64,000 bases of DNA from Candidatus Melainabacteria bacterium 17Bon1m (lineage in GTDB: Bacteria; Cyanobacteriota; Vampirovibrionia; Obscuribacterales; Obscuribacteraceae). The stretch spans positions 288,001 through 352,000 of the forward strand of contig JAVLKG010000002.1 in NCBI GenBank assembly GCA_032128875.1. Reading direction: 5' to 3'. Of the stretch, positions 39,775 through 50,052 are shown piece by piece. Numbering within the stretch: position 1 is the stretch's first letter; every line of letters starts with the position of its first letter. The translations under genes were made by a program, and so were the position numbers. The notes beneath the pieces are model-generated. The model did no database searches. It was not told where the DNA came from and saw only the letters and a program-made list of their open reading frames with translations.

Positions 39775-41010
39775 TTGATTCCGAAGAATTCGCGCGAGAA
39801 GTTTTCCGAAAAAATTATGGATAGCAAGTTGAGAGCGAATGTGGCTAGTTCGAAAAAACAGAAAGGTGCTGCCGAAATTCAGTCGCCGTCGGAATTAACG
39901 AACGCTCTTTCATCAAAAGGCGATAAGCTCTACCTGCTTCCTGGAGCCTCACGCGACTTGCCATCGCAATTCGATGCAGGCGAGCGCGAAGTGAATTTTG
40001 TCACGTTGGCGAAGCACAAAGAGATTATCGAGTATTCAACATCTGACCAGGTGATTTCGATTAGCCTGGGAATGACGGTTGGCGAGCTGGATGAGTTAAC
40101 TGCGAAGAACAAACAATTTTTGCCGCTTTCTTGCAATCACGAGAGCACATTGTTTGATGTGATAAACAGCGGTGATGGCGGGCTTTGGGAACACGCTTTC
40201 GGCGGACCCCGCGATCTTGTAATGGGACTTCATGCTGTTTTACCTGATGGCAAAACGATTAAAACGGGCGGCAAAGTCGTAAAGAATGTCACCGGATACG
40301 ATACTACAAAGATATTTGTCGGCGGACGAATGTATTTTGGTATTCCAATTGCAGCTCACTTGCGGCTCTATGCCAGACCAGAGTGGACGCATACTATGGA
40401 ACTGGCAGCCAGTTCTGTTTTACAACTTCTCGACCAGGCATCTGTTTTCATGCAATCGGATATTCCGATCACAACGCTAGTAATTTCAGGTTCCAGAGAT
40501 GGCGGCGCAAGAATGTTTGTGCAGCTGACGGGGCATAAGATTGTTGCGGATGAGCTTGTAAAGCCACTAAAGGCTATTGCCGCAAAAGCACTCTCGATTA
40601 GCGAGACTTCTTCTGCGTTCGATTCACGCGAAGAAGAACTTCTCCAACACTGCCAAGCCAACATAAATGCGGTCGAAATTTCCGCCTCGATTTCGCAGAT
40701 GCGTTTGATTCTTTCGCTGCTTTCAGACGTGATTGCAGGAAAGACTGAAATCAAGATTCGCCCGGGCACAGGGCGCTTTCTCATATGCTGCGGTTCTGCC
40801 GAAGAAAGGTCTGCCGTTCTCGATCATCTGCGCGACGCTTTAGAAAAAGAAAGTCTATCGCTTGTTGCCGCCTATGCCGATGAATCTCTGGAGCGCAAAA
40901 TTGAGAGAATCGGCATCACCGAGGAAGGCAGCAGCAATCAGGCTATCGTTCGTTCGCTCAAATTGCGTTTTGATCAAAAACGAATTTTGAACCCGCTGGT
41001 TTCTTGGTAA
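39775..41010 (+). CDS. FAD-binding oxidoreductase (GlcE-like; start uncertain)
   Basis: GGPRDLVMG, GGKVVKNVTGYD, C-terminal LKLRFD..ILNP; adjacent to GlcF-like gene. Confidence 0.75.
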   Translation: MIPKNSREKFSEKIMDSKLRANVASSKKQKGAAEIQSPSELTNALSSKGDKLYLLPGASRDLPSQFDAGEREVNFVTLAKHKEIIEYSTSDQVISISLGMTVGELDELTAKNKQFLPLSCNHESTLFDVINSGDGGLWEHAFGGPRDLVMGLHAVLPDGKTIKTGGKVVKNVTGYDTTKIFVGGRMYFGIPIAAHLRLYARPEWTHTMELAASSVLQLLDQASVFMQSDIPITTLVISGSRDGGARMFVQLTGHKIVADELVKPLKAIAAKALSISETSSAFDSREEELLQHCQANINAVEISASISQMRLILSLLSDVIAGKTEIKIRPGTGRFLICCGSAEERSAVLDHLRDALEKESLSLVAAYADESLERKIERIGITEEGSSNQAIVRSLKLRFDQKRILNPLVSW

Positions 41011-41088
41011 TGTTCATTTTGAACAAGCCGCAACCAGGCGACTGCTTCAGGCCTACAGTACAATTAAGCTGTTTAATTAGAGGCGTTT

Positions 41089-42444
41089 TTGGCTTTACCG
41101 GATAATCAAGTAATCTCTCCTGCGACAGGCAAGCTGGACGCCGATTTGCTTTCCGCTTGCATTCATTGCGGACTCTGCTTGCCGGCATGTCCTACCTATC
41201 TAGCAACCGGTCGTGAGTCCGAGTCTCCCCGCGGACGTATATATCTTTTGTCGCTGGTCGAAAAAGGTGAGATGCCCTTTGCAGGCGAGGCCGCTGAGCA
41301 CATCGAATCGTGCCTTGGCTGTTTGGGTTGCCAGACTGCGTGCCCATCGGGTGTGCGGTATGAGGAGATTTTGAATCAGGCGCGGCCGTATCTCAAGCGG
41401 GAGCGCCCTAAGTTTTTGCGAGCTCTCTTACGTTTTGGCTTCAGCGAAATTTTGCCTAACTACTGGATTTTGAAATTTGGCGCAAGTGTGTTTCGCCTTT
41501 TCCAGCAAATGTTTCCGAAACGCAAGCGAAAGGATGACCCTCAGAGCGTTTTAGCTGGAATGACTTCGTCTCCATTTATCAACCGGCTGAAAGCATATGC
41601 CGCATTTGTGCCTAAGGTTCCTAAGTTCAAACCGCATCCGCGTCGACGAGAAGCGAAGGTCGCTAGTGGAGAAACCATGCAGCTTTTCAGCGGATGTGTC
41701 ATGGATGTTTTATACAATCCGGTCAATCACGCTACCGCCAAACTGCTAAATATGCAGGGTTGTCCGGTCGAACGTAATGAGCAAACCTGTTGCGGCGCAT
41801 TGGCTTACCATGCGGGTGAAGTCGATATTGCAAGGACTTTGGCTAAGGAAAACATAGAGAAATTCAAGACCACCGACGGCAAAATTATTGTCACTTCTGC
41901 TGGTTGCGGAGCGATGTTGAAAGAGTATTCGCACCTCTTCGCAGCTGATGACCCGTGGCATTCAAGGGCTGAAGAGTTTTCGAAACGTGTTTTCGATGTG
42001 GTAGAAGTTGTTTCTCCAGATGTAATTTCTGCTCAAGACTCAAAGGAAGCAAACGCTACCCAGCTAAAGCTTCCTGCGGCGTCTGTGGCTTACCATGCGG
42101 CTTGCCACCTGGCTCACGCGCAGGGTGTCCGCAATGAGCCCAAAGAAATCTTGCTGCAGCTCCAGCAGAAGCTGGCTGAGCAAGGCAAGAATATGAAGCT
42201 GGTAGAACTACGTGAAGCCGAGCATTGCTGCGGTAGCGCGGGGATTTACAACGTGATCAATACTGAACTCAGTCTGGAAGTTCTCAATCGGAAGATGGAA
42301 AACATCGCCGATACGAACGCTGAAGTCGTGGTGACGACCAATCCAGGGTGCTTGCTGCAACTCAATGCCGGTGCTGAATTATCCAATTCCCCAGTGAAAG
42401 TCATGCACCTTGCCGAGTTTGTCGCTAGCGCTTATCCCGATTAG
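41089..42444 (+). CDS. glcF: Glycolate oxidase iron-sulfur subunit-like (GlcF)
   Basis: CIHCGLCLPACPTY, SPRGRI, CLGCLGCQTACPSGV, two CCG domains. Confidence 0.85.
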   Translation: MALPDNQVISPATGKLDADLLSACIHCGLCLPACPTYLATGRESESPRGRIYLLSLVEKGEMPFAGEAAEHIESCLGCLGCQTACPSGVRYEEILNQARPYLKRERPKFLRALLRFGFSEILPNYWILKFGASVFRLFQQMFPKRKRKDDPQSVLAGMTSSPFINRLKAYAAFVPKVPKFKPHPRRREAKVASGETMQLFSGCVMDVLYNPVNHATAKLLNMQGCPVERNEQTCCGALAYHAGEVDIARTLAKENIEKFKTTDGKIIVTSAGCGAMLKEYSHLFAADDPWHSRAEEFSKRVFDVVEVVSPDVISAQDSKEANATQLKLPAASVAYHAACHLAHAQGVRNEPKEILLQLQQKLAEQGKNMKLVELREAEHCCGSAGIYNVINTELSLEVLNRKMENIADTNAEVVVTTNPGCLLQLNAGAELSNSPVKVMHLAEFVASAYPD

Positions 42445-42611
42445 CTGTGCGATCTAGCAAGTGCCCATATCCAAACGACTTTCCTTGCTTGTGCGCCGTT
42501 CTACACCAGAGCGTTGATCCGTTAATGGCTGAAACCTCTGCTTGCGGTAAACTTTTGACAAGCTCGCGGCTCTTTGCCGTTTGCAAAGCGAGAACTCGAC
42601 TGAAAAACCGG

Positions 42612-43022
42612 ATGGATATCATTGTGGCGTCGGATCTATATACGAATACGGCTCGCATTTTAATCATCGAAGAGAGTGCAATGCTTCGCCAGCATTCATT
42701 GAATATGGTTGAAGAGCTTGGGCTCATTGCACAGGCTGTCGGAGAAATAGAGGAGGCTCTAAAACGTCTCCACGAGAAGGATTTCGACATCGTCCTTGTC
42801 GAAGTCAAAGCGCCGGAACAACACGCTGTTCAGCGAATCGAGGCACTGCGCCGTGCCACTGCTAATTTGAAGAAGAAGGTGCCGGTCGTTGCCATGTCAT
42901 CAGGTTTGAAACGCGGTCCGCTGCTGGCGGGCGGTGCCGACGACATTCTCATGCGCCCCTTCATGACAGGCGAATTGGAAGCAGTTATTGACCGCTGGTT
43001 GAGCCCGGGAGTGATTTCATAA
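42612..43022 (+). CDS. Atypical single-domain response regulator receiver (start uncertain)
   Basis: RILIIEE, FDIVLVEV, PVVAMS, GADDILMRPF. Confidence 0.65.
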   Translation: MDIIVASDLYTNTARILIIEESAMLRQHSLNMVEELGLIAQAVGEIEEALKRLHEKDFDIVLVEVKAPEQHAVQRIEALRRATANLKKKVPVVAMSSGLKRGPLLAGGADDILMRPFMTGELEAVIDRWLSPGVIS

Positions 43023-43262
43023 GAGCTGTTTGGTCCGAGTTTTTGTGTTCTCAGGGAGCGAAATTCTGGCGCGTACATCGAGGCCTCACGCCGGTTGCAA
43101 GGGCTGTTGTCAGGCGTCTGAGCCAGGTTAGCTTACGGTAATGCTGTTTATTTGCTGAAAAGCACGCTGAAATGCGGAGTTTTGCCCGATTATAATGATG
43201 TCGGCCAAAAGAAGGCGCCGCCAGAGTATATACATGGCGCCGGACCAAGAGGACTCTAATTG

Positions 43263-43907
43263 ATGACTGCCATGGTGGCGCATAGAAAAGTCGAGCTGTT
43301 CGAGGGCGATTTGCCGGACGAGCGCTTTGCTCATTACATGAAGAAAGCGTATATCGCTGTAGACACCGAGACGCGTGGACTCAACATTTCAAGAGATCGC
43401 TTGTGTCTCGTGCAAATCTGCGACGACGAAGGCATAGTTAGTTTTGTCCGCTACAAGGACAAAGACAGCTTTCCAAAAGAGAGCAACGTAAAGAAGCTGA
43501 TGGAAGCGCCCAATGTGATCAAGCTGTTTCACTATGCGCGCTTTGATGTGTCAGTTATGAAGCATTATCTGGGCTGCCAGACCAAGCCGATTTTTTGCAC
43601 AAAAATCGCGTCGAAATTGGTCCGCACCTACACTGACAGACATAGCCTCAAAGATTTAGTCAGTGAGCTTTTGCAAATTGAATTGGACAAAACCAATCAA
43701 TCGAGCGATTGGGCACGTCACGATCTCTCCGAGTCGCAAATGGAATATGCAGCCAACGACGTTCGAGTGCTGCCGCCCATCTACGACAAAATTCTTGGGA
43801 TGCTAAAACGCGAAGAGCGCGAAGAATTAGCGCAACGTTGTTTTGAAGCAGTGCAAGTAGTCTGCGATTTGGACTTGAAGGGTTTTTCACACGTCTTTGA
43901 ACACTAG
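43263..43907 (+). CDS. rnd: RNase D-like DEDDy 3'-5' exonuclease
   Basis: [57 protein letters not shown]. Confidence 0.88.
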   Translation: MTAMVAHRKVELFEGDLPDERFAHYMKKAYIAVDTETRGLNISRDRLCLVQICDDEGIVSFVRYKDKDSFPKESNVKKLMEAPNVIKLFHYARFDVSVMKHYLGCQTKPIFCTKIASKLVRTYTDRHSLKDLVSELLQIELDKTNQSSDWARHDLSESQMEYAANDVRVLPPIYDKILGMLKREEREELAQRCFEAVQVVCDLDLKGFSHVFEH

Positions 43908-43926
43908 GCAAATTGGAGTTGGTTTC

Positions 43927-45381
43927 ATGGAAAAGCTGATCTACGAGAAGTCGAGCCCCGGCAGAAGAGCACTGGTCATTGAAAAATCCGGTGTGAAAGA
44001 GAAGAAGGCGAGTGACCTGATTCCAGCAAAGTTTGTGCGTAAGGAATCGGCCAAGCTGGCTGAAGTCAGCGAATTGGAAGCGGTCCGCCACTTCGTTCGT
44101 CTCTCGCATCTCAACCATGCAATCGACAAGGGTTTTTACCCTCTTGGTTCTTGCACCATGAAGTACAACCCGAAAATTAACGATGCGATGGCGGCCTTGG
44201 AAGGCTTCCGCGAACTACATCCGATGCAGCCTGAAGATCAAATTCAAGGCGCGCTCGAATTGATTTATAACTTGGAGCGCAGTATCTCTGAAGTCGTAGG
44301 TCTGCCAGCAGTCACATTGCAACCGGCAGCTGGAGCCCATGGCGAGATGACCGGCTTGCTCCTCATTAGAGCGTACTTCCGAGCAAAAGGCGACACGGCT
44401 CGCAACAAGGTTATCGTTCCCGACACCGCGCACGGTACCAACCCCGCGACCGCTGCACTTTGCGGTTTTGAAGTTGTTGAAATCAAATCGAATGAGCGTG
44501 GGCTCGTCGATATCGATGCTCTGAAGGCTGCTCTGGGTCCGGATGTTGCAGCAATTATGTTGACCAATCCAAATACCCTTGGTCTCTTCGAAGAAGAAAT
44601 TGACGTTTGCCAAAAACTCGTCCACGACGCCGGCGGACTTCTCTATTACGATGGTGCCAACTTGAACGCCATCATGGGTCTTGTACGCCCAGGCGACATG
44701 GGATTTGATGTCTGCCACTTGAACCTGCACAAAACCTTCTCCACTCCGCACGGCGGCGGTGGACCCGGCGGTTGTGCTGTTGCATGCCGCAAAGAGTTGG
44801 AGCCGTTCCTTCCGAAGCCGGTTATCGTCAAAGATGGCGAGCGCTTCCATTTTGATTGGAATCGCCCGCAGTCGATTGGCAAAGTCAAAGGATTCTACGG
44901 CAACTTCGGAATTCTGGTCCGCGCCTATTCATACATTCTTGCCCACGGCAAAGAGGGTTTGGCGCAGGTTTCCAAAGATGCGATTTTGAACGCCAACTAT
45001 TTGAAAAACAAACTCAAAGGCCGCTTCACAGTGGCTTATCCGCAAGCTTGCATGCACGAGTTCGTTCTTTCCGGCAATCAACAGAAAGAGCGCGGTGTCT
45101 CAACCACAAATATGGCTAAGCGCTTGCTCGATTATGGCGTTCATGCTCCGACTGTCTACTTCCCGCTAGTCGTGCCGGAAGCGATGATGATCGAGCCGAC
45201 AGAGACCGAAACTAAAGAGACGCTCGACGAGTTCATTGAAATCCTCACTAAGATCGATGATGAGTCAAAGAGCGAGCCGGATACTGTGCGCAACGCTCCC
45301 CATACGACACCAGTCGGTCGTTTGGACGAGGCGCTTGCCGCACGTAAGCCAAACCTCTGCTGGACTCCCGGCTGCGATTAG
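43927..45381 (+). CDS. gcvPB: Glycine dehydrogenase (decarboxylating) subunit 2
   Basis: [56 protein letters not shown]. Confidence 0.95.
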   Translation: MEKLIYEKSSPGRRALVIEKSGVKEKKASDLIPAKFVRKESAKLAEVSELEAVRHFVRLSHLNHAIDKGFYPLGSCTMKYNPKINDAMAALEGFRELHPMQPEDQIQGALELIYNLERSISEVVGLPAVTLQPAAGAHGEMTGLLLIRAYFRAKGDTARNKVIVPDTAHGTNPATAALCGFEVVEIKSNERGLVDIDALKAALGPDVAAIMLTNPNTLGLFEEEIDVCQKLVHDAGGLLYYDGANLNAIMGLVRPGDMGFDVCHLNLHKTFSTPHGGGGPGGCAVACRKELEPFLPKPVIVKDGERFHFDWNRPQSIGKVKGFYGNFGILVRAYSYILAHGKEGLAQVSKDAILNANYLKNKLKGRFTVAYPQACMHEFVLSGNQQKERGVSTTNMAKRLLDYGVHAPTVYFPLVVPEAMMIEPTETETKETLDEFIEILTKIDDESKSEPDTVRNAPHTTPVGRLDEALAARKPNLCWTPGCD

Positions 45382-45424
45382 AAGTTGTTCGCGCCCTCTG
45401 CACGTATTCGATTTTTGAGTGCCT

Positions 45425-45620
45425 TCATGTACTCCGAAAAAATCTTGGTTTTTCGGAGTGGATGGAGAAAACTAAACCCTCTATTTATGAGGGTTTTCGG
45501 CTTCGCGCGAAAAGTTTGAACGCGGGCGCTTGTGAGTCGGCGCTGTGAAAACCGGTCCTGGTAAGGCTTTTGCCTTTTGTCATGTACTCCGAAAAATCTG
45601 GATTTTTCGGAGTGCATGGA
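45425..45620. repeat. REP-like mosaic: two 41-42 bp palindromic copies flanking another hairpin
   Basis: tcatgtactccgaaaaaatcttggtttttcggagtggatgga (45425-45466) and tcatgtactccgaaaaatctggatttttcggagtgcatgga (45580-45620); aaaccctc-tatttat-gagggttt at 45474-45496. Confidence 0.8.
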
Positions 45621-45672
45621 ACGGGTTGAAATGACCATCCCCTTCCAAGATCTCGAGAAAGCTTCGCGAAGA

Positions 45673-46191
45673 TTATAGTAAGTGTTTGAAGCGCACGGTG
45701 AATTTGAGATACGCAATCTTTTCTTGAAGGCGCTCTATCTCTCTTTTGGTGCCTTTGATTGGTGTCAGGCAGACGAGTGCGGTCAGATTGATAAAAAGCA
45801 TAGGCGTAATTGCCATCATGAGCTTGCTCATGTCGTCGCCGTGGAACTCGGTGTAGCACTTCATCGCCAAACCGAAACCGATTAGACTCAATGTGACGAA
45901 AATCGCCCAATGCATAATCAAGAAGATGCGTTCGCGCATTAGAAGAACTAGCAGTGTGCTCAATTCTCTTGTGACCTTTGGATCCGCCGTGTGGCGTGTC
46001 TTGGGTCTGGCGAACGAGGGTGTTTGAGAGCCGCCAGGCGCGTTGTTGCGTGTTGACTGGGCCGTTTCCATCTGGGGACGATGCATCGACGCTCCGCATT
46101 CACCGCAGAATCGCGCGCTGCCTTCAAGCGGCGACGAGCAAGTCGCGCATCTAGTGCTTGTGCGGGTTGCGGTTTGAGCGTTGAATGACAT
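45673..46191 (-). CDS. Zinc-ribbon plus two-TM membrane protein, paralogue A
   Basis: RCATC..FCGECG, two TM helices, PIKGTKREI; start placed at MSFNAQ. Confidence 0.78.
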   Translation of the reverse strand: MSFNAQTATRTSTRCATCSSPLEGSARFCGECGASMHRPQMETAQSTRNNAPGGSQTPSFARPKTRHTADPKVTRELSTLLVLLMRERIFLIMHWAIFVTLSLIGFGLAMKCYTEFHGDDMSKLMMAITPMLFINLTALVCLTPIKGTKREIERLQEKIAYLKFTVRFKHLL

Positions 46192-46474
46192 GCGAATCTC
46201 CGCGCGCAAAGGAAGGCAGCAGATTCCAAATGGCACAACCAGTGGTGGGGTTGGCAATGCCAAATCTAAAGGAATTGTACAAACATAGAGGCAAAAGCGT
46301 TGCGTCTATAGGATGAAACTTCAGTAAGAAACACCGATCACGCGGGAATCTTTCAACATTTTGATTCACCCTCTTGCGGTTAGAGTTAGGTACAGCAGAA
46401 AAAATCAAGAAAGCGAATAACCTTCACTTTAGACTGTCCAATGAACTAACCGTATAAATCGGCGAGAAGCTAGT

Positions 46475-47359
46475 TTGAGAGAAACTATCAAAGTTCCAGA
46501 ACACATCATGCCTGTCGTCAAAGCGATCGAGTTTATCGAAGAACGGCTTGACCAGCCGCTCGACGTGAAGCAAGTGTCAGGACATATTGGTTTTTCGGAA
46601 TACTACTTCCATCGTATGTTTCTCAGCGTGCTGGGTGAATCAGTCGCTGAGTATGTGCGAAAACGTCGTTTATCAGAGGCTGCGCGCAGAATGCTCGATA
46701 AGGACGAAAAACTTATTGAACTCGCTCTGGCGTGCGGATACGACAGCCAGGAGGCCTTTACACGAGCTTTCAAAGCCATGTTCGGCATGACTCCTGGTGT
46801 ATTTCGTAAGCGCGGCAGAATGTCTCTGGAGAAAAAACCGGCGACTCTCGACATGATGATGCATTTGGAGGAAGGTGGATTGACTATGCAGCCTGAAATT
46901 GTGGAACACAAAGAAGAATTGGTAATCGGCATGGGAAGCAGCTTTGCCGAGAATCCGTTTTGGCAGATAAATAAGCTTTGGGATAAATTCAATCAGCGAG
47001 AAAATGAAATTCCTAACTTGAAGGGCAGCTACGCGATTGGCGTATGCATGCCGAAGCATGACGATTTGCCTGTGAAAGACGGCGATACCTTCGTATACAT
47101 CGCCGGTCGACCCGTCTCTTCACTGGATGAAGTGCCGCAAGGCATGGTGGCGGTGAAACTTCCTCGGCGCAAATACGCGAAGTTTACTCACAAAGGTCAG
47201 CTGACAAACCTTCCTCATACGGTCAATTACATATGGGGAACATGGCTGCCCAAGAGCGAGTACAAGCACGCTCACAGTCCGGACTTCGAACTTTATGACG
47301 AGCGCTTTGACGTCAAAACACTCTCAGGCGAAATAGATATCTTTGTTCCAATTGAGTGA
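46475..47359 (+). CDS. AraC-family regulator with C-terminal GyrI-like effector domain
   Basis: AIEFIEE, FSEYYFHRMF, YVRKRRL, GYDSQEAFTRAFK; YIWGTWLP..PDFELYD. Confidence 0.92.
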   Translation: MRETIKVPEHIMPVVKAIEFIEERLDQPLDVKQVSGHIGFSEYYFHRMFLSVLGESVAEYVRKRRLSEAARRMLDKDEKLIELALACGYDSQEAFTRAFKAMFGMTPGVFRKRGRMSLEKKPATLDMMMHLEEGGLTMQPEIVEHKEELVIGMGSSFAENPFWQINKLWDKFNQRENEIPNLKGSYAIGVCMPKHDDLPVKDGDTFVYIAGRPVSSLDEVPQGMVAVKLPRRKYAKFTHKGQLTNLPHTVNYIWGTWLPKSEYKHAHSPDFELYDERFDVKTLSGEIDIFVPIE

Positions 47360-47362
47360 GAA

Positions 47363-47905
47363 TCAGCGTCCCATCACGTGATTGAATTCCATCTGCGCGC
47401 GCAGGAATTGCAGCCGCTGCTGAAGCCTGTAGATTTCGCGCTTTGTGCCTCTGATTGGAATCATTGCTACAAAACCGACGCAATTGACGAATAAGAATGG
47501 CGTGAATGCGATGATCAATTTTGTCATCTCATCGCCGTTGAATTCTGTGTACGCCTTGAGCGAAAGCCAGAATCCGAACAGGTTTACACACAGAAGCACA
47601 ATAGTGTTCAGGGTCAGCAAGAACCGCTCTCTTAAAAGAGCGGACATAATTGAATTGATTTCTGCTCTCACCTTAGGCGTCAAGTCTGCAAATTGAGCGC
47701 GCGCAAAACTAGGCAGTTCGCTCTGGGCGTGACCGAGCTTGGGCTCTTCGTATGGTCCATGTTTTTTCTGCGCGGCAGCCATCACAGTGCCACATTGCCC
47801 GCAGAATTTCGCTTGCGATTCTATCTGCTCGTGGCACTGTCCGCATCTAAGCACGCGGAAAGCATTTGCCAGTTCGGCTCTGTTAATGGAAGAAGCGCTA
47901 GTCAC
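47363..47905 (-). CDS. Zinc-ribbon plus two-TM membrane protein, paralogue B
   Basis: RCGQC..FCGQCG, PSFAR, LRER, EFNGDEMTKL, PIRGTKREI. Confidence 0.78.
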   Translation of the reverse strand: MTSASSINRAELANAFRVLRCGQCHEQIESQAKFCGQCGTVMAAAQKKHGPYEEPKLGHAQSELPSFARAQFADLTPKVRAEINSIMSALLRERFLLTLNTIVLLCVNLFGFWLSLKAYTEFNGDEMTKLIIAFTPFLFVNCVGFVAMIPIRGTKREIYRLQQRLQFLRAQMEFNHVMGR

Positions 47906-48066
47906 GGCTCTGTGACCCGTTGGAGAGGAGTATTAGTAGATGAGTCCATAATATGCCTGTCGCAAAAAAAGTGTGCGTAATTTAATCGTCACCACTGGCT
48001 GTTAGTGGGGATCTTACGTAGTTGCCGTGGCTTCCTGGGATGCCGACAGTTCGAATTCGACTGAAT

Positions 48067-49683
48067 CTAAACGAGAGTGCGCAGTCGTGCTGCGGCTCTT
48101 ATGAGCTTGATTGCTCCGCCTGGATTGAACTTACCTTCGGTGAATACTTCTTTCATCACGACTTGCGAAATCATGCTGCTGTCTCTCATAGCGATGCGCT
48201 GTGCAAAAGGCATCGCCGCATCGACGAAATTGAAATCTGGATTGATAACGAGCGCAACCCCTTCCAGTGTGAGCAAAGCCCGCATCACGTAAGTGAATTC
48301 AGTGGGCAGCTTAAATGGATAGCGATAGCAGACATCCGAAAAATCAAATAGCACTTTGCGGAACTGAACGCGATTCAAGCCTTCAGAAAAACGCGAATTG
48401 ATAATTGGCGTGAGTTCGGCTGCAAGCGCCTCGCGGTCTACATCTTCTTGCAAGAAGCCCATACCGATGAAATCGTCTACGAGCGCCAAATAGTCTCTTT
48501 GGATGACGTGAATAAACGAATTTACGAGGTGTTGCTTCAACTCATGGCTCAAGCGGCCGACCATACCGAAATCGAAGATTCCGATTCGTCCGTCCGGCAT
48601 AACACGCATGTTGCCCGGGTGCGGGTCGGCGTGAAAGAATCCGTCTTCCAGTAATTGTTTGAGATAGAAATTGGCGCCGATTTTTGTCAGCTCGGCTCTG
48701 TTGAAGCCTTGCTTTTCGAGCGATTCTACATCTGTAACGCGCGTGCCGGGGACAAACTCGATAGTCAGTACACGTCTGCCGGTAAGGCGCCAGACGATGC
48801 GCGGAATGTAGATGTTGGGGTGATTGCGGAAATTATGCCGGAATCTGTCGGCATTTCTACCTTCTCGAATGTAGTCGATTTCCTCGAATGTCGTGCGAGC
48901 AAATTCGTCGTTGACTGAAGGCCAATCCGTATGACGGCAGAGGCTGGGGTATTTCATAACTTCGTCGGCAACTGCACCCAAAACCTGCACATCGTGCGCC
49001 AGTCTTTGAGTGAGATCAGGACGCTGAACTTTTACGACGACCGAGCGACCGTCTTTAAGAGTGGCTCTGTATGCGACTGAAAGAGACGCTGCGGCAATCG
49101 GCTCGCAATCAAAGTGAGCATAAAGCTGTTCGGGTGGTGCGCCCAATTCACGAATGATTGTCGCTCTTGCGATTTCGTAAGGGATTGGCGCTACTTCTTC
49201 TTGCAGCTTCGCCAATTCGAGCATAGCGGGCAGCGGAAGCAAATCAGCTCTAGTTGAAAGTGTTTGCCCGATTTTAATGAATGTCGGACCCAGTGCATGA
49301 AGCTGCTTCAGGAGCCAGGCGCCCAGCAGTCTGTACTCTTCATATTTCTCGTCGCTCAAAACAGCGCTTTCGACGTCCGAGCCCTCTTTAGAGGTACGTT
49401 CGAATTCGTCCATGTGATAGCGTGCAAAACCGTGCACTGCTCGAATGATCACCCAAACGATCGGGAAGACTCTCAAGGCTTCTTTCCAGCCTTGAAGCTT
49501 GTAGATTCGTACGAAGACGCGGACTGTGGATTTGATCAAGGACCACTTTGTTACGTCGCGGAAACTCTCTCTGACCGGATTGAAATTGCGCTCGGCTGCC
49601 GACGCAATCGATGGCGCCGGAGCGGGAGCCGCCTCGACCTTGGTGGCGACTTCTGGAGGTTTTTCTTGTACTTGAGCTTTCAC
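48067..49683 (-). CDS. ABC1/UbiB (AarF) family atypical kinase
   Basis: LGPTFIKIGQTLSTRADL, PIAAASL, VVKVQRP, FFHADPHPGN, FDFGMVG. Confidence 0.93.
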   Translation of the reverse strand: MKAQVQEKPPEVATKVEAAPAPAPSIASAAERNFNPVRESFRDVTKWSLIKSTVRVFVRIYKLQGWKEALRVFPIVWVIIRAVHGFARYHMDEFERTSKEGSDVESAVLSDEKYEEYRLLGAWLLKQLHALGPTFIKIGQTLSTRADLLPLPAMLELAKLQEEVAPIPYEIARATIIRELGAPPEQLYAHFDCEPIAAASLSVAYRATLKDGRSVVVKVQRPDLTQRLAHDVQVLGAVADEVMKYPSLCRHTDWPSVNDEFARTTFEEIDYIREGRNADRFRHNFRNHPNIYIPRIVWRLTGRRVLTIEFVPGTRVTDVESLEKQGFNRAELTKIGANFYLKQLLEDGFFHADPHPGNMRVMPDGRIGIFDFGMVGRLSHELKQHLVNSFIHVIQRDYLALVDDFIGMGFLQEDVDREALAAELTPIINSRFSEGLNRVQFRKVLFDFSDVCYRYPFKLPTEFTYVMRALLTLEGVALVINPDFNFVDAAMPFAQRIAMRDSSMISQVVMKEVFTEGKFNPGGAIKLIRAAARLRTLV

Positions 49684-50052
49684 TTAGGCGACGACTTCAC
49701 TAGATACCCTTGACCTCTAGTGTAATGGCTCTTTCTTCGTTGTCAGCAGCTAGAAGACATAAATTAAAGTTCTACTGACCAGCTTAAAACCCGCTCACCA
49801 TCAGGCTCACATGGGAAGGTTGCTGGTCTCGGTCGGCAAGAGGAGCTGGAAGGGCTCGTAGGTAGACCATTTTGAGCAATTCTTCACTTGTTGCATACCG
49901 TTACTTCAGGGCGTTTTGAAGTTGAGCCGTGTCGGTTTAACTTCCAGTCAAGATGACAGGGCGGGCGCAAGAATGCGACAGAACACCCAGCCAGTGGCTG
50001 TTTTCAGGGCTGATTGTGAAATGGCTCTGAGTACGGCGCGACTTGTACAAAT

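Noticed and set aside
43023..43926. Glycine riboswitch for gcvPB
   Set aside because: gcvPB directly follows rnd, and no tandem aptamer signatures are visible upstream of either gene.
45425..45620. Mini CRISPR array
   Set aside because: Only two repeats, a 113-bp spacer that is itself structured, and no cas genes; better described as REP-like.
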